Source: Nitrosopumilaceae archaeon
GTDB taxonomy: Archaea; Thermoproteota; Nitrososphaeria; Nitrososphaerales; Nitrosopumilaceae
DNA: 64,000 bases
Reading direction: 5' to 3'
Assembly (NCBI GenBank): GCA_965203465.1
Contig: CBDBCR010000003.1
Location: forward strand, 896,001 to 960,000
Part shown: positions 9,290 through 19,488 of the stretch, one piece after another
How positions within the stretch are numbered: the stretch's first letter is position 1
Layout of the letters: each line of letters opens with the position of its first letter
Translations under genes and position numbers: made by a program
Notes under the pieces: generated by a model
What the model was told of the DNA's origin: nothing
The model's input: the letters and a program-made list of their open reading frames with translations, nothing else
Database searches by the model: none

Positions 9290-12200
9290 TCAGGTAGACT
9301 CGGCCAAGTCTTCCACCCTGCGCCGTATTTTTTCAATCTCCGCCTCGGGATCCCGCCACCAGTCCCTGCTCCATATCCGGGCTATGGCCCAGCCTTTACT
9401 CTCCAAGAACCGTTGCCGGTACACGTCCCTCTCCCTCGTGCTCTTTGCAGAGTGGTACTGCGCCCCGTCGCACTCGACGCCCAGAATATACCTTGCAGGG
9501 TTGCGGGGATCCACTATGGCGAGGTCTATCCGGTATCCAGATTGGCCCACCTGCATGGCAACCTCGTATCCGTGTTCTAGCAGGCGATCGTGCACCATCT
9601 CTTCAAACGGGCTTTCAAACGCCAAACTGGATCCGGGCTCCGAGGAACCTGCGTCCCGCCTAGCCATGGCGGGCTTGAGTTGGGAAAGAATCTGCTCTAC
9701 GCGCTCGTCGTCGCGTTTGCTCACGGCTCGGGCATATAAGAGAAAGCTTTTGAGAAATCCCGGCCCCTTGTGTGTAAGAGAGTCTGTATTCATGTCATGC
9801 GGATCAAACGAACACACGACTATAATCTGTCGGCTGGCACGCGTGGCAGCTACGTTAAGCCGGTTTTCTCCCCCCTCCTTGTTCAACGAGCCGAACTGCA
9901 TCCGGATCCTGCCCTCCGGATCCTTGGCATAACCTACGGAAAATATTATGATCTCCCGCTCGTCTCCCTGAACGTTTTCGATGTTGCGGATGAAAATCTC
10001 GTCATCCTTCTTTCCGCTCTCAGGATGCTCGGCGAGCGAGTATAGCCTGGCAAATTCCGGATCTTGGCGCTTTAGGTCGATCTGATCTAGAACCGCATCA
10101 CGCTGCTTTACGTTGAACGTGATGACTCCCAGCGTGGGAACCTTGGAACGGCGACGTTCGGCGTCTTGAAGTATCCGGTAAATCTCCCCAACTACCTTGG
10201 TAGCCTCCGCCTGATTGGCCTGGTTTTCCCACACGCCCTTACAGTCGATCCAAGTTATGGACGGCTTTGGGGGGTTTTTCTGCACGTTGGGAGCTACGTG
10301 AAGCCGCCCGTTGTAGAACGCGTGGTTGGAAAAGTCTATCAGTTCCTGGGATTCAGACCGGTAGTGCCACTGCAACATGTGGGTCGGATGTCGCCTTCTG
10401 ACCAGATCTAAAAGGCTCTCGATGGCCGAGACTTCGTCGTCCTCGTCTTCGTCGTCCTGCATTTGGAACAAATCGTGTGGTTTTAGCTGGTTTTCGTCTC
10501 CTGCGATCACTTTGCGTTTCCCCCTGTAGAGGAACGGCATCGTACGCTCTGCCGCAAGCTGGCTTGCCTCATCCACTATGATCATGTCAAACATGCCTTT
10601 TTCCAGCGGAAAGATGTTGGAGACGGTTTCAGGCGATGCAAGCCAGCACGGGACAAGATGGAATATAGCATGCCGGAATTCCTCGATCAGTTGGCGCACT
10701 GGCTTAATCCTCCTCTTTTTTCCAAGCTCATAGTCCAGATCAGTCCGCCTTCTGGTGAGAGGGGCCTTGGCGCCGTCCACTATTTGGCGCGCGATCAGTC
10801 TGGATTTTTCAGAAACGAGCGCCTTGAGATCCTCCGCGTAAGCGGAATAATCGTCAAAGCCCCTCCGAAGTATGGGGTGCTTTGCCTCGAGTGCCTCTAT
10901 CCACGCATCGTACGCTTCCTGCCGCACGGCATGACTCCAGTCATCGCCCGCTTCCAGATGCAGAGAGCATCGCTCCAAAAGATCTCTGGTAAACTTGTCC
11001 AGCTCTTGCTTGCGTGAATCGTGTTGCCTGAGATCCTCAAAATCCGACAGTTTCTCAAGGAGTTTGTCCGCACTCTCTTGCAGCATCTTCTGGTCCGACG
11101 CCACAGTACGCAGCGGGTTGGATTCCGGCTGGAAGAATTGGGAGAGCTGTAGTATTGATTCGTGGATGTGTCTGCCGTTTGCCGCTTTCTGCTTTAGGTG
11201 ATCCGGATCCGAGGCCACGTCTGCGTCGATTCCGTTTTCTTTGAGCAATGCGCGAAGCGATCCGGAAGAGGCGGCCAGTTTTTCCTCGCAGTCGGCAAGA
11301 TCTTCTCCGCACGATCTAAAGTCCGCGATATGCTCGAGCAGGCGATCCTGCTCATTTCGATCAGATAGGACTATCGGATCCCTGATTTCTGCGGGGCTAC
11401 AGCGTAGGTCTTTGGCTATGAGCCACAGTTGTAGGCCGTAGTCCAATCTGCTCGCCATATCCGCAGGGTCGAGTCCGGCATTTTCAGGTCTTGCCAAAAA
11501 CTCTTTCCGCACAGCCACATTCTTGCGTTTTTCCGAATTGAAAATTTTCTCCAAAAACGAAGGGCTGGCCTCGGATAGGGCGCGTATGGCCGTTTGCTGC
11601 CCTTGCAGGCTCTCTTCGATTATAGCACGATCTAGAGCACGGGATATGTTCTGGACGGTGTCAAACTTTGCCCACAGGGACGCACCTGCCCGTGCGTTGA
11701 GTTTTATCTGATCGAGATCTTTGGACAAATTGTCTTTGTCCGCCTTTTTGAGAAGAGCCGAGATCAAGTCTTGGAATGAGTCTGAAGAACTCTGCAAGTC
11801 GATCTTTCGCTTTGCCAGTAACGCGTGCGAAGCGGCCAATTTTGTCAGTTGTCCTTGGGCGTCCAGATCCCGCGCCGCAATGTAGTCTTTCGAGGACGAC
11901 TTTATTGTAGAAAGAAGTTCTTCAATGTCATTTTTGGCAGTTCCGGTGAGACTGGAAAAATCCACTCGCGCAAACCACGGATAAGAAGCCGTCTCGAATC
12001 TTTTGTAGTTTTGCTCCATTCCCGACATCGATTTGAGCGCGCGATGGAGATCAGAAAGCGTCAGATCGTCAATGATCGCGTCCAGCTTTAAGCGACTCTT
12101 GGAACCGGTTCTTTCCGAGACGGAGTAGAGACGCTGCGCATTTATCCCAAAAGATTCGTCGTACAGCGCTGCCGTAATTTCCGCGCGGGACGAAATCAGA

Positions 12201-13627
12201 CGATCTATTTGGTCGGATGTGTGGCGGAGTTCGGTGTCAACCTGCTTCGCGTACTTCCCCGTACGGCGTAGCATTTCTCGAATCTGCGCGTACATTTTGG
12301 GGCGATCTTCCTTTTCTCGGCTCAACAGCACCGCGCGTTTGTCAAGCTCTTTTTCGGCGAGCCTTTGTTGCACCACCTCAAGCGCGGCCCTTTTTTGGCA
12401 GACTACGAGGATCGTCTGTTTTTTAGAGAGGGCGTTGGCGATTATGTTCACTATGACCTGCGACTTGCCCGTTCCGGGAGGACCGCGGACAAGCGTGACC
12501 CGCTCGCTTTGGGATTTGAGCACCACGATGTCTTGCGACGAATCACTGGGAAGCACCATGTTGAGGTGCCGGTCGGCAACCTTGTCGATTTCTGGCTCGT
12601 CTTGGATCTCGCCGCAGTCATCCGCATCCTGCGCGGGATCCTCAGAATCGGCGTCTAGAATGCCAGCTATGAAGCTGTCTGCCCTGCCCGAATCGATCAT
12701 GTCTTCGTAATCCTTGTATATGGCACCCTCTCCTTGCGGAAAGCTTCCCACGATCCTGTAGTTCATTATCTTGAATGTCCGCCCTTCGATCTGGTCGAGT
12801 TCATCCCGGGTCTTGTCCGGAAACCGCCACGGCGAGATCTCGGCCGGATCATGGCCTTCATCTGGAAAGGTGCGTTTGCTCAACTCTACCGGTATGTCGT
12901 TTTTGGACAGGAGTTCAGCCAAGCGTGCGGCAAGATCAAAATCCTTGTCTCTGCTTGAAGACATCAGGTCGTCGAAATCCATCTCGAAATCTTTGGGTGT
13001 TTGGAAGCCACCTATTTTCTTCATAGCTGCGAATAGCGTTCTGTTGAGTATGGGTTCGCTGTCATGTGGTTTTACATACCAGCCGTTTGGCTTGCGTCCG
13101 GTGTCGCGATACACAGACACTGGAAAAAGCACCAACGGAGCTCGTGCATAATAATCCCCGCTCATCCGACCTTCCAGAAATGGAAAGCCTACATAACAGT
13201 ACTGCGCGCCGGTTTCGTCTTCGGCCGATCGTATGCTTCGGTGCATGTTTTTCAAATGCGTGCGGATTTGGTCGGTGCCGTCGGCGGCGTCTGAATCCCG
13301 CAATATGCAGATCGGGGATTTTCGCCCCAATATGCTTTTGACGACCCTGTCCGACGTGCCTTCATGCATTGTGTCCAGTCTAGCCAGGTCAAAATTGTGC
13401 TTGCGGTATATTTTCTTAAGGCAGACGCATCGGTTGTTCCTAGAAATATTCAGGAGTTTGTTTTGGTAGACCTTTAGTTTTCCAGTCAAGATATTCCGGT
13501 TGCCTGAATTGGCAGCATCGTTTCCCTCGTCGGCATAGGTAGAAAAGCCGATGGGGATGGATTCGGTTGCCTCGTGTCCTGCCTGATCGGAATCCGCAAG
13601 CGTCGACTTTCCATCATCTGTGTCCAT
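9290..13627 (-). CDS. DUF4011 + SF1 (UPF1-like) helicase + C-terminal Vsr-like/MTES_1575 nuclease; probable anti-phage protein (Hhe-like architecture)
   Basis: KLLNISRNNR...APLVLFPV (DUF4011), GPPGTGKSQ, IIVDEASQ, GDENQL, HYRS, VQGDERE, RLNVAATRA, FESPFEE...YRIDLAI...ECDG..YH...RERD..RQ..LE..GW. Lower GC than the flanks. Start taken as ATG 13627. Confidence 0.88.
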   Translation of the reverse strand: MDTDDGKSTLADSDQAGHEATESIPIGFSTYADEGNDAANSGNRNILTGKLKVYQNKLLNISRNNRCVCLKKIYRKHNFDLARLDTMHEGTSDRVVKSILGRKSPICILRDSDAADGTDQIRTHLKNMHRSIRSAEDETGAQYCYVGFPFLEGRMSGDYYARAPLVLFPVSVYRDTGRKPNGWYVKPHDSEPILNRTLFAAMKKIGGFQTPKDFEMDFDDLMSSSRDKDFDLAARLAELLSKNDIPVELSKRTFPDEGHDPAEISPWRFPDKTRDELDQIEGRTFKIMNYRIVGSFPQGEGAIYKDYEDMIDSGRADSFIAGILDADSEDPAQDADDCGEIQDEPEIDKVADRHLNMVLPSDSSQDIVVLKSQSERVTLVRGPPGTGKSQVIVNIIANALSKKQTILVVCQKRAALEVVQQRLAEKELDKRAVLLSREKEDRPKMYAQIREMLRRTGKYAKQVDTELRHTSDQIDRLISSRAEITAALYDESFGINAQRLYSVSERTGSKSRLKLDAIIDDLTLSDLHRALKSMSGMEQNYKRFETASYPWFARVDFSSLTGTAKNDIEELLSTIKSSSKDYIAARDLDAQGQLTKLAASHALLAKRKIDLQSSSDSFQDLISALLKKADKDNLSKDLDQIKLNARAGASLWAKFDTVQNISRALDRAIIEESLQGQQTAIRALSEASPSFLEKIFNSEKRKNVAVRKEFLARPENAGLDPADMASRLDYGLQLWLIAKDLRCSPAEIRDPIVLSDRNEQDRLLEHIADFRSCGEDLADCEEKLAASSGSLRALLKENGIDADVASDPDHLKQKAANGRHIHESILQLSQFFQPESNPLRTVASDQKMLQESADKLLEKLSDFEDLRQHDSRKQELDKFTRDLLERCSLHLEAGDDWSHAVRQEAYDAWIEALEAKHPILRRGFDDYSAYAEDLKALVSEKSRLIARQIVDGAKAPLTRRRTDLDYELGKKRRIKPVRQLIEEFRHAIFHLVPCWLASPETVSNIFPLEKGMFDMIIVDEASQLAAERTMPFLYRGKRKVIAGDENQLKPHDLFQMQDDEDEDDEVSAIESLLDLVRRRHPTHMLQWHYRSESQELIDFSNHAFYNGRLHVAPNVQKNPPKPSITWIDCKGVWENQANQAEATKVVGEIYRILQDAERRRSKVPTLGVITFNVKQRDAVLDQIDLKRQDPEFARLYSLAEHPESGKKDDEIFIRNIENVQGDEREIIIFSVGYAKDPEGRIRMQFGSLNKEGGENRLNVAATRASRQIIVVCSFDPHDMNTDSLTHKGPGFLKSFLLYARAVSKRDDERVEQILSQLKPAMARRDAGSSEPGSSLAFESPFEEMVHDRLLEHGYEVAMQVGQSGYRIDLAIVDPRNPARYILGVECDGAQYHSAKSTRERDVYRQRFLESKGWAIARIWSRDWWRDPEAEIEKIRRRVEDLAEST

Positions 13628-13880
13628 GCAGGACAGACTAGAGGGGATTTTAAAAATATTAGTCTGCCCATGTTTGGGCGGCATCGGTGTGCGAAGTGTG
13701 CTGCCTCCCGAGGCCAAAGTCAAAACCCATGTCAGTTCAGGCTGGCCGGGTGCTGTCTTGCGGAAGAACCAGAGGCCTGTATACGGCGTCGAATGCGGGG
13801 ATGGCGGAGCCTGACTAGCGACTGGAAGACGAAGACTCGCGCCAAGGTCGCCAAGAGCATCCAAGATCAAGTCCGTAATA

Positions 13881-15029
13881 TAGTATCTTAGATTGGATTT
13901 CGGTAAAGATCTAAATAGTGGCACGTTGGGGGGGTGCCATGGTGAAGGAGTTCCTCCCCAACGTGAGCTGACCCGCCTGCGTAACATGCAGAGGAAGGAA
14001 AAGAATCGAAAGGCCGGGCTCAGGCTGCTGGTGTGCGTGCACAGGAAGCAGGGAAAGACGATCATGCAGATAGTTGAGGCCACAAACGTCCCGCGCAGCA
14101 CGGTGACCGACTGGATAAAGAGTATCGGGAAGCACGGTTTGAGCAAGAGATACGACATAAAGAACAAAGGGGCCGCGTGCAAGCTCACCAAGCGCCAGCT
14201 AAAGGCGCTCGAGCGGGATCTGGAAGCGGGTCCGGTAGCGGTCGGACTCGGGGCGGGCGCTTGGACGATACCGCTTGTCAGGATGCACATCAAGAAAAAG
14301 TTCCGCGTAGAGTACCACGTACATTCAGTCTGGGATCTGGTGAACCGGCTGGGCTTCGTGTACATCAAGCCCCGCCCCCGCGACGTACGTGGGGCGTCTC
14401 CGGCAGAAATCAAAGATTTCAAAAAAAAGCTCACAGGACCGTAACAATCTACGCTGGGCGCGGGCATCTGGCCGTTTCCTTTGACGAAATGCACGCATCC
14501 ATGCAGAGCGTGGTCCGGAAAGGATGGTACCCCAAGAAAGGGAAGAGGGGCAAGCGCGCCAAACAGGTCAGGGTCGACATCATGGGAAGGCGGAGCGGCC
14601 GGGCCACCCTGCTCGGAGTCGTAGGGGCCGGAGGCCAGAGCTATTTCGAGTTCCACGACACGGGCAACGCCAAGAACGTGGAGGCGTTCCTCCTGAGGGC
14701 CTACAAAAAGCTGGGCAAGCTGCTGATCTACACGGACAACGCCTCGTACCACAGCGAAGCCGTGTTCCAGAGGCTGTACGAGAAAACCGACGGCGGCATC
14801 GTTGTAAGGTTCCTGCCAAAGTACACGCCGGAGCTTGCGCCGATCGAGTCCCAGTGGAGGGAGGTCAAGCGCTACATCGCCAACCAGTTTTTCGACGACA
14901 TCGGGCAGCTGAAACGGGAAGTATTGAAATCTCTAAGATCCGGTCGCATCAAAATCGTAAAGATGCATGACTATCTTACGGTCTGACCATTCGTGCCAAA
15001 AAACTACCGAATGTCAATCTAAGATACTA
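13881..15029 (+). mobile_element. IS630-family insertion sequence with TA target duplication
   Basis: TIR TAGTATCTTAGATTG at 13881-13895 and its reverse complement at 15015-15029, extending to 25 bp with 3 mismatches. TA at 13879-80 and 15030-31. Confidence 0.9.
13939..14986 (+). CDS. IS630 transposase in two ORFs (HTH + DDE) joined by a probable -1 programmed frameshift; possible extra frameshift near the 5' end
   Basis: OrfA WT...LGF.YIKPRP...FKKK ends at 14444; slippery A8G at 14421-14429; OrfB FDEM, TDNASYH, LPKYTPELAPIESQW. The first codons MVKEFLPNVS (ATG 13939) are out of frame with OrfA. Confidence 0.8.
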
Positions 15030-15107
15030 TAAGAGACATGTTCGGGTAACTTGGCAGGCACCCGGCGCAACGGCAAAAATTGCAAGCCAGTCGCGCAATG
15101 TTGTGTT

Positions 15108-15188
15108 CTATAACACCGCTCAGATGTATTCCCCCACCCTAACCTGCACCCGAAGGACGAGGGAAAATGCTTCGGCGTGGTGTTATAG
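15108..15188. repeat. About 80-bp dispersed hairpin repeat, copy 1 (MITE-like or attC-like)
   Basis: CTATAACACC...GGTGTTATAG termini. Interior is similar to 45722-45804. Confidence 0.75.
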
Positions 15189-15616
15189 TGCGGGTGCCCG
15201 TGCCTGAATCCCTTACCGGTGCGGGGCGCGTCGGCGATCCTCGGGCTCATGCGAGTACGCCCCTGAACCGATCGTCTGCGTTTCCGCACGCCGATCCCGA
15301 CTGCGCCAGTCCGACGGGCGCTTTGCCAGCAGGCGGAACGGATCAAAGCCTCAGCTTTTTACTAGGGGACGGTTCTGCGCACGGCGGCGCGCCAGACAAA
15401 AAATGGGCTTCGATGCCCGGGGTTGTCGGCATTCCGACATGAGCTTCCATGCTCGAAAGTCCTGGCGCGCACTCCCATTCCACATCCGCCGGCAGTCCGG
15501 CCGGAGCGCACTTTCGAACAGGGCGCGACGGCGTACAGCATCCCGGTAGACTGGGCCGGCAAATTCGGACTTGCGGCCTAGCGGCGCCCGCCGCGATACA
15601 ATAGTAGCGGGTCTAG

Positions 15617-15632
15617 AGGGTATATATACCCT
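15617..15632. promoter_or_regulatory. 16-bp perfect palindrome containing a TATA-like core (candidate operator)
   Basis: AGGGTATATATACCCT is its own reverse complement and is intergenic. Confidence 0.4.
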
Positions 15633-15954
15633 TTGATGGAAATCCGCGCCTGAGTCCGATCGCAAAAACGTCCAATTTAAGACATGTATCTAATTTTATA
15701 CAAAGAAAAGTTTCCGGCCAAGTGGTTGCGCGCCCTTCCGCGTCGCGGCGCCCCACTGACGGTGCTGTTCAACGGGGGGCGGGCGAGGCCGGGCGCTATT
15801 AAAATGCATCTCGAGCCGCCCCCCCCCCCGGGGATCTCCGAGTCCACGGCCGCATCCGGTTATCGCGGAAAAAGCGCGCGTCCGCGCGGCCGGGCTGGGG
15901 TTGCGCTACCGATTTGCGGGCAATCGTTATAGCGACGGGGCCGCCCGCGCCGGC

Positions 15955-17205
15955 ATGGGCTGGTGCTCGCACGATTTCGTCCGGGACCGGGGCGGCCGCA
16001 CCTGCTCAAAGTGCGGGTACAGGCAGAGGCGCCGCCGCAGAACCGGGTACCGAAACTGGCGCAGGCAGGGGCGGCAGGGGCGCTGGAAGGCGCCGGCCGC
16101 AGTGCTGGCCGCGATCGCGATCGTGGCGGGCGCCCTGGTCGCCTCAGAAGTCTTTCCCGGCTACCAGGCGCCGGGCGCGCTGGGCGGCGCCCAGGCGGGT
16201 TCCGGAGAGGCCGGGGACGCGGCGCCTCCGGGCCCCGGCCCGGGCGCAGCGTACGTCGCCCGGACCGGCTACGGGGCCGAGGCGGGCAGCGCGCCCGGCA
16301 TATCGGACGGCTCAGAGTCGGCCAAGGCGGCGGCCAAGATAGAGCTGTCCGTACTGTACGAGCACGCGCTGGAACTCGCGAACGGGGACAGGGCCAGGCA
16401 CGGCCTGGAGCCGGTCGCGCTGAGCGAGACGGGATCCGCGCAGGATCACGCCGACGACATGATGGAGATCGGGTATTATTCGCACTGGCATTCCGAGGGG
16501 GTCAAGCCGTACGCGACGTACACGAAGCACGGCGGAACCGGGTACGTCGCCGAGAACATAGCGGCCAGCTGGTGCTCCGGATACTGCTCCCCCATAGATC
16601 CGTTCGAGGCGATAAAGGAGCACCAATGGGGCATGGTGTACGACGACGCCAGCTCGGACTGGGGGCACCGCGACAACATACTCGATCCGGCGCACACCCA
16701 CGTCAATTTCGGAATCGCCTACGGCGGCTCAAAGCTGTACTTTGTGCAGCATTTCGAAAGCAACGGCGCCGGCTGGAGCGACGTCCACCTCAAGGACGGC
16801 AGGCTCGTCATGGAGGGAACGGCGCCCTGGGGCGGCGCGCCGCACATTTCGATCTACAGGGATCCCGAACCCGAGCAGCTCTCCGCGCTACAGCTGGACA
16901 CGGTAGAGCCGTACAGCCTGCCTTTCTACGAGATGGGCGAGATGGTGGGAATGGCGGTAAGGGTTCCGTCCGGGGGAGCGTACGAGCAATGCCCCAACGG
17001 GGATCTGCTCACGGAGGGCGGGTGCCATCCGTACTCTTTCTGGCACGCCGACACCTGGGGCGACGGCAGGATCCGCCTCACTGTAGACGTCTCCAAGTGG
17101 GTCGGAACCGGCGGCCTGCACAGCGCCCTGGTGTTCCTGCCGGGCGCCGACGGCGTCCACGTCCCGTCGTCGGTGATCGCGCTCGAATACTTGGGGCAGA
17201 GCTGA
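15955..17205 (+). CDS. Membrane-anchored CAP (SCP-like) domain protein with N-terminal Zn-ribbon
   Basis: CSH...CSKCG, a TM segment, then LELANGDRARHGLEP, AQDHADDM, YSH, AENIA, GHRDNIL...HTHVNFGIA. Confidence 0.85.
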   Translation: MGWCSHDFVRDRGGRTCSKCGYRQRRRRRTGYRNWRRQGRQGRWKAPAAVLAAIAIVAGALVASEVFPGYQAPGALGGAQAGSGEAGDAAPPGPGPGAAYVARTGYGAEAGSAPGISDGSESAKAAAKIELSVLYEHALELANGDRARHGLEPVALSETGSAQDHADDMMEIGYYSHWHSEGVKPYATYTKHGGTGYVAENIAASWCSGYCSPIDPFEAIKEHQWGMVYDDASSDWGHRDNILDPAHTHVNFGIAYGGSKLYFVQHFESNGAGWSDVHLKDGRLVMEGTAPWGGAPHISIYRDPEPEQLSALQLDTVEPYSLPFYEMGEMVGMAVRVPSGGAYEQCPNGDLLTEGGCHPYSFWHADTWGDGRIRLTVDVSKWVGTGGLHSALVFLPGADGVHVPSSVIALEYLGQS

Positions 17206-17260
17206 TCGGTTGCTTTGACCGGAAGCCCAGAGTCCAAGGCGTACGCCTCCTTGTAGTCGA

Positions 17261-17977
17261 CTATCTAGAACTCGCCGGCCGACTCGCCGAAGTCGGCCAG
17301 CACCATACAGACGTTCCGCCGCAGCCCTCGCCGGCAATCCGCTCTATGCTGACCTGAATCCCGTCCATCACCACATGTAGTCCCCGGACATGGTGAGAAG
17401 ATCGTTCTGCAGGGCGAGGGCCTCGGCCGCGTCCATGGGGCTTCTTGGCCGAGGCGTTCTTGATAAGGACGCTTGCGAGTATGAGCGTCATCCTCTGGTT
17501 CCTGGCGGACACGTTATTCTCGTACTTTACGAACAGCGGGTGTTCTAGGTTCATTACGACCTTGTTGGTGCGCGGATCCAGCCACCCTGCGCGCGGGTTC
17601 CTCGGCCTCTTCACGAAGCTCAGCTGTGGCGATCCCCCGCCCCGCTTGCCCTTGCCGCCGCGCCCCCCGCGTGCCTCGGGGTTGAGGAACGCGTACCTTG
17701 GATCCCTGAAGATCTTTCCGAAGAACCGGATCAAGTTCCTCGCGGCCTGATCCAAGTCTTCCACGCCACGCCGTGAAACCCGGCGACGTTTATACCTAGA
17801 GCGGGGCGTCGCCCGGTTGCGGCGTCGCGGAACGGGCGTCACACGCAGGCTGCGTCCAGCCAAGTCCAGCAACTCGGAAGCGGCGTCCCCGTCCCCCGCC
17901 ATGCCGTCGCGCCTCTTGTACGCGCCCATCCTCTCCAGCTGGGGCTGTCGTTCCCGGCAGGCGCACATTACGCGCAC
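17261..17977 (-). pseudogene. Degraded gene fragment(s), possibly the C-terminus of an ATP-binding protein plus the start of the next gene
   Basis: Plausible coding core RAGWLDPRTNKVVMNLEHPLFVKYE...LILASVLIK. Ends are frameshifted and low-complexity. Confidence 0.35.
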
Positions 17978-18208
17978 CCTCTAGAAAGGCGTGGGCCAAT
18001 GGAGCGGACTCGGTTGTAGACAGTAAGCCAGAGACCTACAGAACCAAGGCAGGGGCCAAGCTGGACAAAAGACATGCCGTGCCTATCATCGGCCCAGTCA
18101 CAAGAATTGTCTTTTACCACAACAGCCAAGCCACGGCGATGGCTGCGAAAGCTGCACAGCCGATCTTAAAACCGCCGATGATCTGGTCTCCGACGGCTTC
18201 CACGATAC

Positions 18209-18349
18209 TCATTCGTCGGCCACCTTCTTGATGGTGGCTATCCACTCGCCATCTATCTTGTCTACCACCGATACAGGCACCGTTGCGTACAACGACGAGC
18301 TCTTTTCAGCCGTTAGCGATAGCAACGCGATACTCGTTCTGAATTCCAT
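18209..18349 (-). pseudogene. Short AbrB/SpoVT-like regulator with an apparent internal deletion (46 aa, not in ORF track)
   Basis: MEFRTSIALLSLTAEKSSSLYATVPVSVVDKIDGEWIATIKKVADE. The SLxxTVP motif is present but the LGLxxGD segment is missing. Confidence 0.45.
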
Positions 18350-18607
18350 ACAGGCGAGTAAACCGCCCTCTTTATCAACCTAACCGTGCGGGCAGTGGGA
18401 TGCCCGTGATTCGCGTCTACAGGTTCTATCAGCCCGCGGCCGCCGTCACGCCGCCCCCGCACACGGCTCTACGCGGTGCAAGTCGTTTTTGCTAGAGAAC
18501 CCCAACAGACGAGAATTACACGCACCCAACCGAACCACCCCTTCCAAATTGCGAGCGCGTCTAGCTGGAAACGCCAAGTTATATCCGAATTCCGCCAATA
18601 GCCGCCG

Positions 18608-19354
18608 TTGAACAGGACCGACATACCCGGAGTGGACGAGATCGTGCAGGAGGCGATAGCCAAGATCCGGGAGGAAGATCCCGACGCGCTGACCCCGCAG
18701 GCCGTGCTGAACCACTTCTCGGACGCCGTAGAGACCGTGTTCGGGGCCACGTACGACGCGTACGAAAGGCACGAGCGGGGCAGGATAGAAGCCTACAAGA
18801 AGAGATTCACGGAGGGCCTGCCCGAGGCGATCCCGAAGGAAAGGGCGGGAAAAATCGTGAGCGAGACCGTCGACGGGATCAGGGAACTGAAGAACAGCCT
18901 CGATCAGTCCAGGGCATCCCGGGCGGGCAAGAGCTTGGAGAGGATCGTGCAAAAGCTGCTGGCGCTTGCGGGAATACCCAGCGAGGCCCTGACGCCCGGC
19001 GACAAAAAGTACAATCTGGACAGGATCGGCCTGGTGATACCGGGCAGGCAGACGGCCATCGACAGCCCCGACAAGTCGCATTTCCTCTCTCTCAAGACTT
19101 CGCTGAGGGAGCGCGGGAGCAGGTGGTCGAAGAACAGAAACCGGGGCCGGACCCACCTGATCGCCGTCCTTCGGGGAGAGGCGCCGGGCAGCGGCGTGGC
19201 GCGGGAGATCGTCAAACACGGGGTATTCTTGTACCTGCCGGACAGGATAAAGGACGGCCGCTTCTCGGACGAACCGCGGATCAGGAGGCTGTCGGATCTG
19301 CCCCTCAGCGTGGGCAGGGAATACGTCGACAGGGCCCGGGCGCAGCGTCAATAA
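18608..19354 (+). CDS. EcoRII-C/SsoII-like type II restriction endonuclease, copy 1; active-site segment frameshifted and compensated
   Basis: SRASRAGKSLE and LSLKTSLRER. The canonical W(E/K)QVVEE continuation is in another frame. Confidence 0.75.
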   Translation: MNRTDIPGVDEIVQEAIAKIREEDPDALTPQAVLNHFSDAVETVFGATYDAYERHERGRIEAYKKRFTEGLPEAIPKERAGKIVSETVDGIRELKNSLDQSRASRAGKSLERIVQKLLALAGIPSEALTPGDKKYNLDRIGLVIPGRQTAIDSPDKSHFLSLKTSLRERGSRWSKNRNRGRTHLIAVLRGEAPGSGVAREIVKHGVFLYLPDRIKDGRFSDEPRIRRLSDLPLSVGREYVDRARAQRQ

Positions 19355-19483
19355 TCTAGAACACGGCCGCCCGGCGCGCCAGAGCGACGGCAGGCGCCGG
19401 ATCTGAACTCGGCGGACGGATACGGGGTCGGCCGGCAGAGGCGCCGGACTCGCGCGTTTTGGATTAGGCCTGCCCGTGCCACG
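18611..19483 (+). repeat. About 0.87-kb diverged direct repeat of 35709-36580 (REase gene plus downstream DNA)
   Basis: Long near-identical stretches. Similarity ends at GCCACG, where the IS TIR starts in the second copy. Confidence 0.9.
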
Positions 19484-19488
19484 CTTTC

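Noticed and set aside
13909-13923. 15-bp match ATCTAAATAGTGGCA shared with 42434-42448
   Set aside because: Both lie at promoter distance from a start codon and there is no further homology, so this is probably a TATA-region coincidence.
13628-14752. N-terminal 375 aa of the 1820-aa ORF as a fused domain
   Set aside because: It is the antisense reading of the IS630 element plus intergenic DNA. The real gene most likely starts at ATG 13627.
15617-15632. Casposon terminal repeat
   Set aside because: There is no Cas1-like casposase, no family B polymerase and no partner repeat.
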